From NCBI RefSeq assembly GCF_947497695.1, contig NZ_CANMHM010000012.1, positions 2,616 through 66,615 on the forward strand: 64,000 nucleotides of DNA. Direction: 5' to 3'. The notes under the pieces were generated by a model. It saw only the letters and a program-made list of their open reading frames with translations, was not told the origin of the DNA and searched no databases. Below are positions 38,201 through 45,559 of this stretch, piece after piece; position 1 is the first letter of the stretch; each line of letters begins with the position of its first letter. The stretch comes from an uncultured Polaribacter sp. GTDB lineage: Bacteria > Bacteroidota > Bacteroidia > Flavobacteriales > Flavobacteriaceae. A program made the translations under genes and the position numbers.

Positions 38201-38527
38201 ATCTCTAAAGACTTACCTATACAAGCACAAGTGAGTCCAATTAAAAGTGTTATTGTAGATGATTTTAATTCAGATGGTTTTAAAGACATTTTAACAATTG
38301 GTAATCATTATGGGGTAGAAGTAGAAACAACACGTTATGATGCAGGTTATGGATCACTTTTTTTAGGAGATGGTAAAAATAACTTTCACTTTATACCTGC
38401 ATTAGAAAGTGGTCTTCATGTTCCAAAAGATACTCGTTCTATTCAGCAAATAAAAATAGCTAAAGAAAATGCATTTTTGATGACCAATAATAACGATTCT
38501 TTATTTCTATTTAAAAGAAATTTTTGA
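35231..38527 (+). CDS. FG-GAP/VCBS-repeat protein with ASPIC/UnbV domain (CRTAC1-like), lipoprotein
   Basis: Lipobox 'FIISC|QN'. Many 'D(L/I/M)DNDG(x)xD(I/L/M)' repeats. Central 'GAKAIINHNGNLQIAENNVTRGFLSSVESGLFFGLGK...VIWPDGK' is UnbV_ASPIC-like. Confidence 0.8.
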   Translation: MKTKLLYFNVLLFVVFFIISCQNTKRNLYPETLVGGLELLSSEKTGIDFNNSIKETAYFNHYFYAQIYVGSGVAIGDLDNDGLPDIFFGGSQVGDRLYHNKGGFKFEDISKSSKIVRSPGWTWGVTMADINADGYLDIYVSRNGNSLDIDKRRNLLFINNQDLTFTESAASYGLADIGFSTQAVFFDMDNDGDLDMYQVNQPADNKILLVNKVTPKDVESFKDKIYRNDAGKFTDISKSTGISRELAYGLSVNATDFNNDGFVDLYVSNDYAAPDFMYYNNGDGTFKNVIQDKLKHFSQYSMGSDTGDVNNDGLIDLFTTDMTPNDHYRSKMNMATMSSDAFNEIVKTTNSYQYMTNTLQINNGVGMFSDIANLAGISNTDWSWASLLFDVDNDGFKDLIVTNGIKKDIDNNDAKRDVSANSKNITYDELFKYSKKTPSNPLSNYVFKNSKGFDFINKSEDWGFNTPSFSHGIAYGDLDNDGDLDVVINNMEKPAFVYENKATGNFLKIKLEGSDKNQFGYGAKAIINHNGNLQIAENNVTRGFLSSVESGLFFGLGKDTKIEKVSVIWPDGKTSFFNNISANQTLTAKYSNAKLKGKENKENSTLLSQIDAKKIGLTYTHKENEFNDFADEILLPHKLSTNGPFSSVADVNGDGLEDIFIGGAAKQAGILYIQNNDGKFKESQFQPWSIDKDSEDLGALFFDVDGDHDQDLYVTSGGSEFKTGNPLLKDRLYINDGKGVFTKNSKAIPNIYESSQCVKASDIDADGDLDLFVGTRLISGKYPFPATSYFLINENGTFKKAKESIAKEFQNLGMVTDAVFSDIDKDGDDDLLIVGEWMKIKVFKNDKGIFKDDSVNIGITDQFRSLWWSITANDIDNDGDEDYIVGNLGRNNKFKASKEHPFKVYANDFDNNGTNDIVLAKYYKDNYVPMRGRECTSQQMPYVSEKFKDYHSFASSKLLDILPEDKIEGAVIYQIENFESIILINENGKLISKDLPIQAQVSPIKSVIVDDFNSDGFKDILTIGNHYGVEVETTRYDAGYGSLFLGDGKNNFHFIPALESGLHVPKDTRSIQQIKIAKENAFLMTNNNDSLFLFKRNF

Positions 38528-38625
38528 TGTTTATGTAATTTAAGGTCAATTAATTGCACGTATTTTAATTCAACTTTTGTTAACAAAACAAAAATACTAC
38601 AATACCAAATTTCTATTTGTGTAAA

Positions 38626-38639
38626 TTTACCACAACATT
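38626..38639 (+). promoter_or_regulatory. Motif A 'TTTACCACAACATT', second copy
   Basis: Exact 14/14 match to 18696-18709. Lies in the 372-bp intergenic region upstream of 38900. Confidence 0.4.
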
Positions 38640-38762
38640 TCCCATACATTTATTTTTATTTTTATTTTAATAGTAAATATTTATCAAGATTACAATTACG
38701 AATTCCTTATAAAACCTAATGATTTTTGATAATTTATCAATAAATGTATTTATTTATTATAA

Positions 38763-38785
38763 TGTATGTTTTTTGTTGGGGCAAT
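38763..38785 (+). promoter_or_regulatory. Motif B 'TGTATGTTTTTTGTTGGGGCAAT', second copy
   Basis: 16/16 match to 18816-18831. Lies 137 nt before the ATG at 38900. An intervening 'TTTTGATAATTTAT' also resembles 'TTGTGATAATTTTAT' at about 18738. Confidence 0.4.
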
Positions 38786-38899
38786 TTATTCTAATTTAAT
38801 TATTTAATTTTCTAGCTTAGCTAAAGCTCAAGTAAATACTTTATAAGTATATTGAAAAAGTATTTAAAACATTAATTATTAACCCATTTAATATTTATT

Positions 38900-41218
38900 A
38901 TGAAAAAAATTACATTATTTATTTTTCTATTGACAATGTCAATAGGGTATGCACAACAAACTTTAGTGCAAGATTTTGAAACAGGTACAGATGGACTTGG
39001 AGAACCATTTGGAGGTGCAGCAGCAGAAATTGTAGCAGATCCAGCTGTTGGAGGAACTAGAGGTCAGGTTGCAAAACTAACAGCTTCAGCATCAGGAGAA
39101 GTATGGCAAGGGTTAAATGTTAACATGACAAGTAATGTTACTTTAACTACCGATAAAACCATGGAAATAGACATTTATTCTAATGAAGCTATTACAATTG
39201 CACCAAGAGTTCAAGGAGGATTAGATGGAGCTCCAGTATCAACAGCTGTAGTTTCTCACACAGGTAGTGGATGGGAGACTTTAACCATAACGTTTAATAC
39301 AGGTTCAAATAATGATCAGACTGCAAATGGGGTTTATTCAGAATTTGTTATTTATTATCTATGGGATAATGGCTTTATAAGTCCTGCAATTGATAGAGTT
39401 TTTTATGCAGATAATATTAAAGGGATTGTAGTTGAGGACGAAGTAGTGGTTGTTGAGCCTGAAGATAAAGATTTAGTACAAGATTTTGAAACTGGTACAG
39501 ATGGACTTGGAGAACCATTTGGAGGTGCAGCAGCAGAAATTGTTGCAGATCCAGCTGTTGGAGGAACTAGAGGTCAGGTTGCAAAACTAACAGCTTCAGC
39601 ATCAGGAGAAGTATGGCAAGGATTAAATGTTAACATGACAAGTAATGTTACTTTAACTACCGATAAAACCATGGAAATAGACATTTATTCTAATGAAGCT
39701 ATAACAATTGCTCCAAGAGTTCAAGGAGGATTAGATGGAGCTCCAGTATCAACAGCTGTAGTTTCTCACACAGGTAGTGGATGGGAGACTTTAACCATAA
39801 CGTTTAATACAGGTTCAAATAATGATCAGACTGCAAATGGAGTTTATTCAGAATTTGTTATCTATTACCTTTGGGATAACGGTTTTATAGACCCTGCAAT
39901 TGAAAGAGTTTTTTATGCCGATAATATTAAAGGGATCGTAGTTGAGGATGAAGTAGTGGTTGTTGAGCCTGAAGATAAAGATTTAGTACAAGATTTTGAA
40001 ACAGGTACAGATGGTCTTGGAGAACCATTTGGAGGTGCAGCAGCAGAAATTGTTGCAGATCCAGCTGTTGGAGGAACTAGAGGTCAGGTTGCAAAACTAA
40101 CAGCTTCAGCAACAGGAGAAGTTTGGCAAGGGTTAAATGTTAACATGACAAGTAATGTTACTTTAACTACAGATAAAACCATGGAAATAGACATCTATTC
40201 TAATGAAGCTATAACAATTGCTCCAAGAGTTCAAGGAGGATTAGATGGAGCTCCAGTATCAACTGCTGTAGTTTCTCACACAGGTAGTGGTTGGGAGACT
40301 TTAACCATAACGTTTAATACAGGTTCAAATAATGATCAGACTGCAAATGGGGTTTATTCAGAATTTGTTATTTATTATCTATGGGATAATGGCTTTATAA
40401 GTCCTGCAATTGATAGAGTTTTTTATGCAGATAATATAAAAGGAATTGCAGTTGCAGCTCCAGTAGTCAATACGCCAACAATAGCAGCTCCAACTCCACC
40501 AAATAGAAATGCAGAAGATGTGATATCTATTTATAGTGATGCCTATACAAATGTTGCAAATAATTTTGATGCAGGTTGGTGTGGTCCAAGTTCCGTTGAA
40601 ATAATTCAAGTAGAAGGTAATAATACCGTTGAATATAAGGGAAATGCTTGTCAAGGAATTGTTTTAGATGCAGCTATGGATGCTACTGCTTTTACTAATT
40701 TACATGTAGATGTTTATATTGACGCTACTGTAGATGTAACTTCAAAAGTGTTTAATTTAAAATTTGTAGGTGTACCAAATACAATTTTTAAAGAATATCC
40801 TTTTAATGCCGGTACAACACCAGCTTTAGTAGCGGGTTCTTGGGTAAGTATAGATATTCCTGTAGATTTATCTACAATGTCTAACTTTAAAGAATTTGGT
40901 ATCACAGCTGATAACCTTACAAATCAAGTTTGGTATGATAATTTATACATTTACAAAGGTGCTCCTTTAAGTATAGATAAAAACAATTTATTAAATATAA
41001 GTGTATCACCAAACCCTGCTAGAAATGATTTAAAAATTTCTACTCAAGGTACGATTGATAATGTAACTATTTACAATGTATTGGGTAAGAAACTAGTAAG
41101 TAAAATAATTGGTAGTAGTGAAGGTGTCATAAATGTTTCTAACTTAAAAACGGGTATTTATATTTTAAAATATACTGTAAATTCTAAAGTAGGAACTATG
41201 AAGTTTGTAAAAGAGTAA
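38900..41218 (+). CDS. T9SS-secreted protein: 3 near-identical CBM-like modules + 'SDAYTN' domain + Por C-terminal sorting domain
   Basis: SPI signal ('IGYAQ|QT'). Has a 170-aa module repeated 3 times and 'VISIYSDAYTN...WYDNLYIYKG'. C-terminus 'ISVSPNPARNDLKIS...GIYILKYTVNSKVGTMKFVKE' is a T9SS CTD. Confidence 0.8.
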   Translation: MKKITLFIFLLTMSIGYAQQTLVQDFETGTDGLGEPFGGAAAEIVADPAVGGTRGQVAKLTASASGEVWQGLNVNMTSNVTLTTDKTMEIDIYSNEAITIAPRVQGGLDGAPVSTAVVSHTGSGWETLTITFNTGSNNDQTANGVYSEFVIYYLWDNGFISPAIDRVFYADNIKGIVVEDEVVVVEPEDKDLVQDFETGTDGLGEPFGGAAAEIVADPAVGGTRGQVAKLTASASGEVWQGLNVNMTSNVTLTTDKTMEIDIYSNEAITIAPRVQGGLDGAPVSTAVVSHTGSGWETLTITFNTGSNNDQTANGVYSEFVIYYLWDNGFIDPAIERVFYADNIKGIVVEDEVVVVEPEDKDLVQDFETGTDGLGEPFGGAAAEIVADPAVGGTRGQVAKLTASATGEVWQGLNVNMTSNVTLTTDKTMEIDIYSNEAITIAPRVQGGLDGAPVSTAVVSHTGSGWETLTITFNTGSNNDQTANGVYSEFVIYYLWDNGFISPAIDRVFYADNIKGIAVAAPVVNTPTIAAPTPPNRNAEDVISIYSDAYTNVANNFDAGWCGPSSVEIIQVEGNNTVEYKGNACQGIVLDAAMDATAFTNLHVDVYIDATVDVTSKVFNLKFVGVPNTIFKEYPFNAGTTPALVAGSWVSIDIPVDLSTMSNFKEFGITADNLTNQVWYDNLYIYKGAPLSIDKNNLLNISVSPNPARNDLKISTQGTIDNVTIYNVLGKKLVSKIIGSSEGVINVSNLKTGIYILKYTVNSKVGTMKFVKE
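38962..40445 (+). repeat. Tandem 510-bp repeat, 3 copies (38962-39471, 39472-39981, 39982 to about 40445), near-identical
   Basis: 'ttagt(g/a)caagattttgaaac' recurs at 38962, 39472 and 39982. Units align base for base with only scattered substitutions. Confidence 0.95.
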
Positions 41219-41241
41219 TTTAATAATTTTATAATTCTGAT

Positions 41242-41276
41242 AAAAAGGATGCTGAAAAGCATCCTTTTTCTTTTTA
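41242..41276 (+). terminator. Rho-independent terminator after the T9SS CBM gene
   Basis: 'aaaaaggatgc tgaaaa gcatccttttt cttttt'. Confidence 0.8.
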
Positions 41277-41446
41277 TAATTTTAAGTTAGTTAATAATAT
41301 TATTTGTTATATTTTAATAATATTTTCTAAGTTTTTATAGTCACTTTTTTTTGTGTTTACATTCAAAAAAAACTAAATAAAATTATTTTTCTTCATTTGT
41401 AATAAATGACGTAAATTGCTAGCATCATACTTTTTTAAGTTTAAAC

Positions 41447-44248
41447 ATGCTAAGAAATTTATTTTTATTAATTTCTCTATCAGTTTCTGTACTAAATTTT
41501 GCACAGGAACTGCCTCCAATTAGCACCTATACTTCTCAGGATTATAAAGCAGATAATCAAAACTGGTCAATAGCACAATCTGAAAATAATTTTATTTATG
41601 CATCCAATAATAAAGGTTTATTAGAATTTAATGGATTTGATTGGAAATTGTATCCAACGCCTAATGGAAGTGCCAGTAATGTTGTAAGGGTTTTAAAAGA
41701 TAAAATTTATACAGGTTTTAAAAATGATTTTGGTTTCTGGGATAAAAATGATTTTGGCGAATTATTCTATACTTCTATTGTTAAAAGTCAAAATATTAAA
41801 ATCTTGGCAGGTGAAGAAATAGAAACTATTTTAACACTTAATGATTGGATACTTTTTAAATCTTCACAAAATATTTACTTGTTTAACTTAAAAACTTCGG
41901 AAGTAAAAGTTATCAATACAGCCAATAAAATTCAGAAAATATCGAAAGTAAATGGTGTTATTTACTTCCAAGAAGAAAATAAAGGTATTTTTAAAATTGA
42001 AAAAGGTGTTCCAAAACTGTTTGCAGAACATCAAATATTACAAGAAAATGTTCTTGTAGAGATTTTTAATAAAGACGATACACTTTTATTTTTAACTCAA
42101 AATAATGGCTTTTTCTATTTAGAGAATAAAAGGTTAAAAAAATGGAAAATAGCTTCAGAAGCTATTCTTAAAAATGTAACAGTTACTACTGCAAAAAATT
42201 TAGCAAACAAAGATTTTGCTTTGGGTACAGTTTCTGATGGTTTTCTGTATCTAAATAAAAATGGAGATTTTAAGTATCAAATCACAAAAAGCTCAGGTTT
42301 AAATAGCAATACTTTACATAGCATTTTTGAAGATGCTAATAACAATATTTGGTTGAGTTTAAATAATGGAATCAATTGTATTAACAATACTTCTCCTTTT
42401 AAAATTTTTAATAGAAAAACTGATTTTATAGGTTCAATTTACTCATCCATTGTTTTTAAAGACAATTTATATTTAGGAACTAATCAAGGATTGTTTTACA
42501 GAGAAGCAACTTCTAAAGAAAGTTTTACTTTTATAGAAAACACAGAAGGCACTGTTTTAAGTTTAGAAAATATTGATGGTACATTATTTTGTGGTCATAC
42601 TTCTGGGACACTTGTAGTAAAAAATAACAAAGCAAGTTTTGTTTTTAAAGAACAAGGTACTTTAATGCTCAAAAAGGTAGCTAAAAACCTCATTCTTCAA
42701 GGAGGTTATGATGGGTTACATCTTCTTGAAAAAAATAATAATACTTGGCGTTTTAGAAATAAGGTTACTGGTTTTGATAACTCAATTAAATCTTTTGTAA
42801 TTTCTGATTCTCATAAAATTATCGTAAACCTAGAGTATAAGGGGGTTTTTAAGCTTACGCTAGATGATGATTATCAGAATGTAATTGATATTCAAAAAGA
42901 AAAATCTCTTGCTAAAAGCCTTCATTCTTGCTTACTTTCTTATCAAGATAAAATAATATTCTCTAGCAAAGATGGAGTTTTTATTTATGATAAAAATAAA
43001 GATGTTTTTAAGAGAGACGCTATTTTTAGCCAATTAATCTCTGAAAATGGTTTTATTTCAGCAGAACTTATACCTACCAATTCTAATAAACTTTGGTCTT
43101 TTTCTAAAGAAAGTATCAAATATTTAACACAAGGGGAGTTGAGTAGTAAACCTGTTGTTAAAAGTATTCCAATTTCAGCTTCGATGCCAAAAGCTACTTA
43201 TGGTTATGAAAATATCGTGTATTTAGAAAATCAAAATTATTTGATAGGAACATCTAATGGTTATGTTGCTGTAGATTTAAATAAATATAATGACCAAAAT
43301 AACTATAAGATTCAAATTTATAAAGTAAATAATTTTGATTTAGCTACTTCAAAATTACAAGTTGACTTATCAGAAAAAAAAGACTTTTCTAGTAAAGATA
43401 ATAATTTTGAATTCTTTTATGGAGTTCCTAATTATGATAAAACAACCAGTATAAAATACCAATATTTTATTAATGGTTTAAATGAAAACTGGAGTAACCC
43501 TTCAACAGCAAAATCTTTTTTGTTAGAAGAAATTCCTTATGGTAATTATACCTTTAAAGTAAGAGCTCTTGTTGATGGACAAGTGAAGAGTAATGAAGCA
43601 AGTTTTAATTTTGTAATTACTAAACCTTGGTATTTGTCTAATGGTTTATTACTAATTTTTGGATTGTTTTTAGCAGTATTTGTACTTACTTTTTATATTG
43701 TTAACAAAAAATCAAATCAACATTTTAAAAAGCAACAAGAGGCATTGTTAGCCAAAGCTAAAAAAGAGTCTGAGCTAAGAGAGTTTGAAAATAAGCAAAA
43801 AGTTATAAAGCTAAAAAAAGAAAAATTAGAGTACGTTACAGAAACCAAAACGAGAGAATTAGCCACTTCTGCAAAGAATATTATTAAGAAAAACGACTTT
43901 TTAAATAAGATAAAAGCTGAATTGATAAATGGAGACCCTAAAAATGTTTCTAAGGTTATTGATATTATTGACAAAAACTTAAACAATACTGAAGATTGGG
44001 AAATGTTTCAAGAAGCGTTTAACAATGCCGATAAGAATTTTATTAAGAAAGTGAAAGTGAAGCAGCCAACCTTAACGCCAAATGATATTAGACTTTGTGT
44101 GTATTTAAGGTTGAATTTATCTTCTAAAGAAATTGCTCCTTTGCTTAATATTTCATCTAGAAGTGTTGAAGTAAAAAGATACAGACTAAGAAAAAAAATG
44201 CAATTATCTCACGATGCTAATTTGAGAAAATATATTTTGGAGATTTAA
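41447..44248 (+). CDS. Paralogous membrane-anchored propeller/Y_Y_Y/LuxR regulator
   Basis: Collinear with 15881-18676 over the full length, with the same signal peptide, propeller, Y_Y_Y ('FFYGVPNYDKTTSIKYQ...YGNYTFKVRA') and TM. Near-identical HTH 'LTPNDIRLCVYLRLNLSSKEIAPLLNISSRSVEVKRYRLRKKM'. Confidence 0.85.
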   Translation: MLRNLFLLISLSVSVLNFAQELPPISTYTSQDYKADNQNWSIAQSENNFIYASNNKGLLEFNGFDWKLYPTPNGSASNVVRVLKDKIYTGFKNDFGFWDKNDFGELFYTSIVKSQNIKILAGEEIETILTLNDWILFKSSQNIYLFNLKTSEVKVINTANKIQKISKVNGVIYFQEENKGIFKIEKGVPKLFAEHQILQENVLVEIFNKDDTLLFLTQNNGFFYLENKRLKKWKIASEAILKNVTVTTAKNLANKDFALGTVSDGFLYLNKNGDFKYQITKSSGLNSNTLHSIFEDANNNIWLSLNNGINCINNTSPFKIFNRKTDFIGSIYSSIVFKDNLYLGTNQGLFYREATSKESFTFIENTEGTVLSLENIDGTLFCGHTSGTLVVKNNKASFVFKEQGTLMLKKVAKNLILQGGYDGLHLLEKNNNTWRFRNKVTGFDNSIKSFVISDSHKIIVNLEYKGVFKLTLDDDYQNVIDIQKEKSLAKSLHSCLLSYQDKIIFSSKDGVFIYDKNKDVFKRDAIFSQLISENGFISAELIPTNSNKLWSFSKESIKYLTQGELSSKPVVKSIPISASMPKATYGYENIVYLENQNYLIGTSNGYVAVDLNKYNDQNNYKIQIYKVNNFDLATSKLQVDLSEKKDFSSKDNNFEFFYGVPNYDKTTSIKYQYFINGLNENWSNPSTAKSFLLEEIPYGNYTFKVRALVDGQVKSNEASFNFVITKPWYLSNGLLLIFGLFLAVFVLTFYIVNKKSNQHFKKQQEALLAKAKKESELREFENKQKVIKLKKEKLEYVTETKTRELATSAKNIIKKNDFLNKIKAELINGDPKNVSKVIDIIDKNLNNTEDWEMFQEAFNNADKNFIKKVKVKQPTLTPNDIRLCVYLRLNLSSKEIAPLLNISSRSVEVKRYRLRKKMQLSHDANLRKYILEI

Positions 44249-44261
44249 ACGTTAAGTTTTT

Positions 44262-44441
44262 ATGTTATTAATAAAACTAAAAAATAAATTGAAGATTTTA
44301 AGATTCACATTTTTATCAATTATAATGATAGTAATATCTTGTACTCCAGAAGAGAATGATTGTGAAACAAAAACAGTTTGTTATCAAGGGGGTAATAGTT
44401 GTATTGAAACTCCTATTCTAGGGAAAGGAAATTGTTATTAA
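44262..44441 (+). CDS. Possible 59-aa Cys-rich small lipoprotein (below the ORF-track size cutoff)
   Basis: Manual translation: MLLIKLKNKLKILRFTFLSIIMIVISCTPEENDCETKTVCYQGGNSCIETPILGKGNCY. Positive n-region, hydrophobic core, lipobox 'VISC', 4 further Cys. Starts 13 nt after the regulator stop. Confidence 0.3.
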   Translation: MLLIKLKNKLKILRFTFLSIIMIVISCTPEENDCETKTVCYQGGNSCIETPILGKGNCY

Positions 44442-44545
44442 ATGACTTTAATTAGCTTTGAAAGTTAAACTTTAAATTATTTTTATAACTATAAATTACT
44501 TGTTTCTAAAATCGTGTAAGGTGTTTTGGTTTAAGATAAGATATT

Positions 44546-45544
44546 TTAATTCCCCTTAATCCTTAACCAAAGTTCAGATAACATCTTTTTGCCATCTGTT
44601 TTATCTTTAGGTTCTTCTATAAAAAACGGAATTCCATTTTTGTCAACTTCAATTTTATATTTAAAAACAAAATTTGTGGCATTAAGTTCCATGCCTAAAG
44701 TACCAAAACGTAAATCGTTAAAGTATAAAATATTTTCTTTTTTGTTGATGGTATACCAACCTTTAGAAATAGCAATCATTCGTTTTACTTTTGGATGATT
44801 TGCCAATTCCCCAAGTAAATGATGATTTTTAGGGTAGCTAGAAAATTGTATCGCATTTTTATCTAAAAATGAAGAATGACCAATTAAAAAAGAAGTATCT
44901 GTTTTTACATTGGCAGTCCATAAAACGGTATTTAAAGGAGAAGGTTTTGTGGTGATTTCTTGGTATTGAATATTTTGAGAAGCTAATTCTTTGGTAAATG
45001 TTTGATAAGAAATGCCTTTTAAAATAAGTGTAAAAAGCAAATAGCAACTACTGATGATCAATCCACAATTATTATAAAAACGCCTTTTTTTAGATTCCTT
45101 TTTTTGACGCATTGCTAATATCAAAAAAAATAAAAACGGAAGTGTGTATAAAGGATCAATGACAAATACATTTTTAAACGCCAATCTAATATCTAAAGGC
45201 CAAAATAACTGAGTTCCCCAAGTTGTTTGTGCATCTAAAATTGGGTGGGTTATAAAGGTCCAAAAGAAAAGCAAAGACCAATCTTTTTTGTTTTTATAAG
45301 TTTCAAACTTTGCAACTATAAAAGCAAAAATAGGAGCGAAGACAACACAAAATAAGATAGAATGTGTAAAACCTCTATGAATTTCTAGAGCAGTTACAGT
45401 ATCTGTAAAGAAAGAGGAAATAATGTCTAAATCAGGAATTGTACCACCAATTGCTCCATACAACATGGCTTTATTACCAATTTTCCTTCCTAAAACTGCT
45501 TCTCCAATTGCAGCACCTAAAACTATTTGAGTTAATGAGTCCAA
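44546..45544 (-). CDS. Membrane-bound metal-dependent hydrolase (YdjM/DUF457 family)
   Basis: 'MDSLTQIVLGAAIGEAVLG', 'TIPDLDI', 'HRGFTHS' and multiple TM segments. Confidence 0.7.
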   Translation of the reverse strand: MDSLTQIVLGAAIGEAVLGRKIGNKAMLYGAIGGTIPDLDIISSFFTDTVTALEIHRGFTHSILFCVVFAPIFAFIVAKFETYKNKKDWSLLFFWTFITHPILDAQTTWGTQLFWPLDIRLAFKNVFVIDPLYTLPFLFFLILAMRQKKESKKRRFYNNCGLIISSCYLLFTLILKGISYQTFTKELASQNIQYQEITTKPSPLNTVLWTANVKTDTSFLIGHSSFLDKNAIQFSSYPKNHHLLGELANHPKVKRMIAISKGWYTINKKENILYFNDLRFGTLGMELNATNFVFKYKIEVDKNGIPFFIEEPKDKTDGKKMLSELWLRIKGN

Positions 45545-45559
45545 GCTATAAAGATAAAA

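Noticed and set aside
38962-40445. The regular 510-bp periodic repeat could be a CRISPR array, satellite or mobile element.
   Set aside because: The repeat is far longer than CRISPR repeats and has no unique spacers. It lies entirely within one continuous reading frame encoding repeated protein modules. No cas, transposase or integrase genes occur anywhere in the window.
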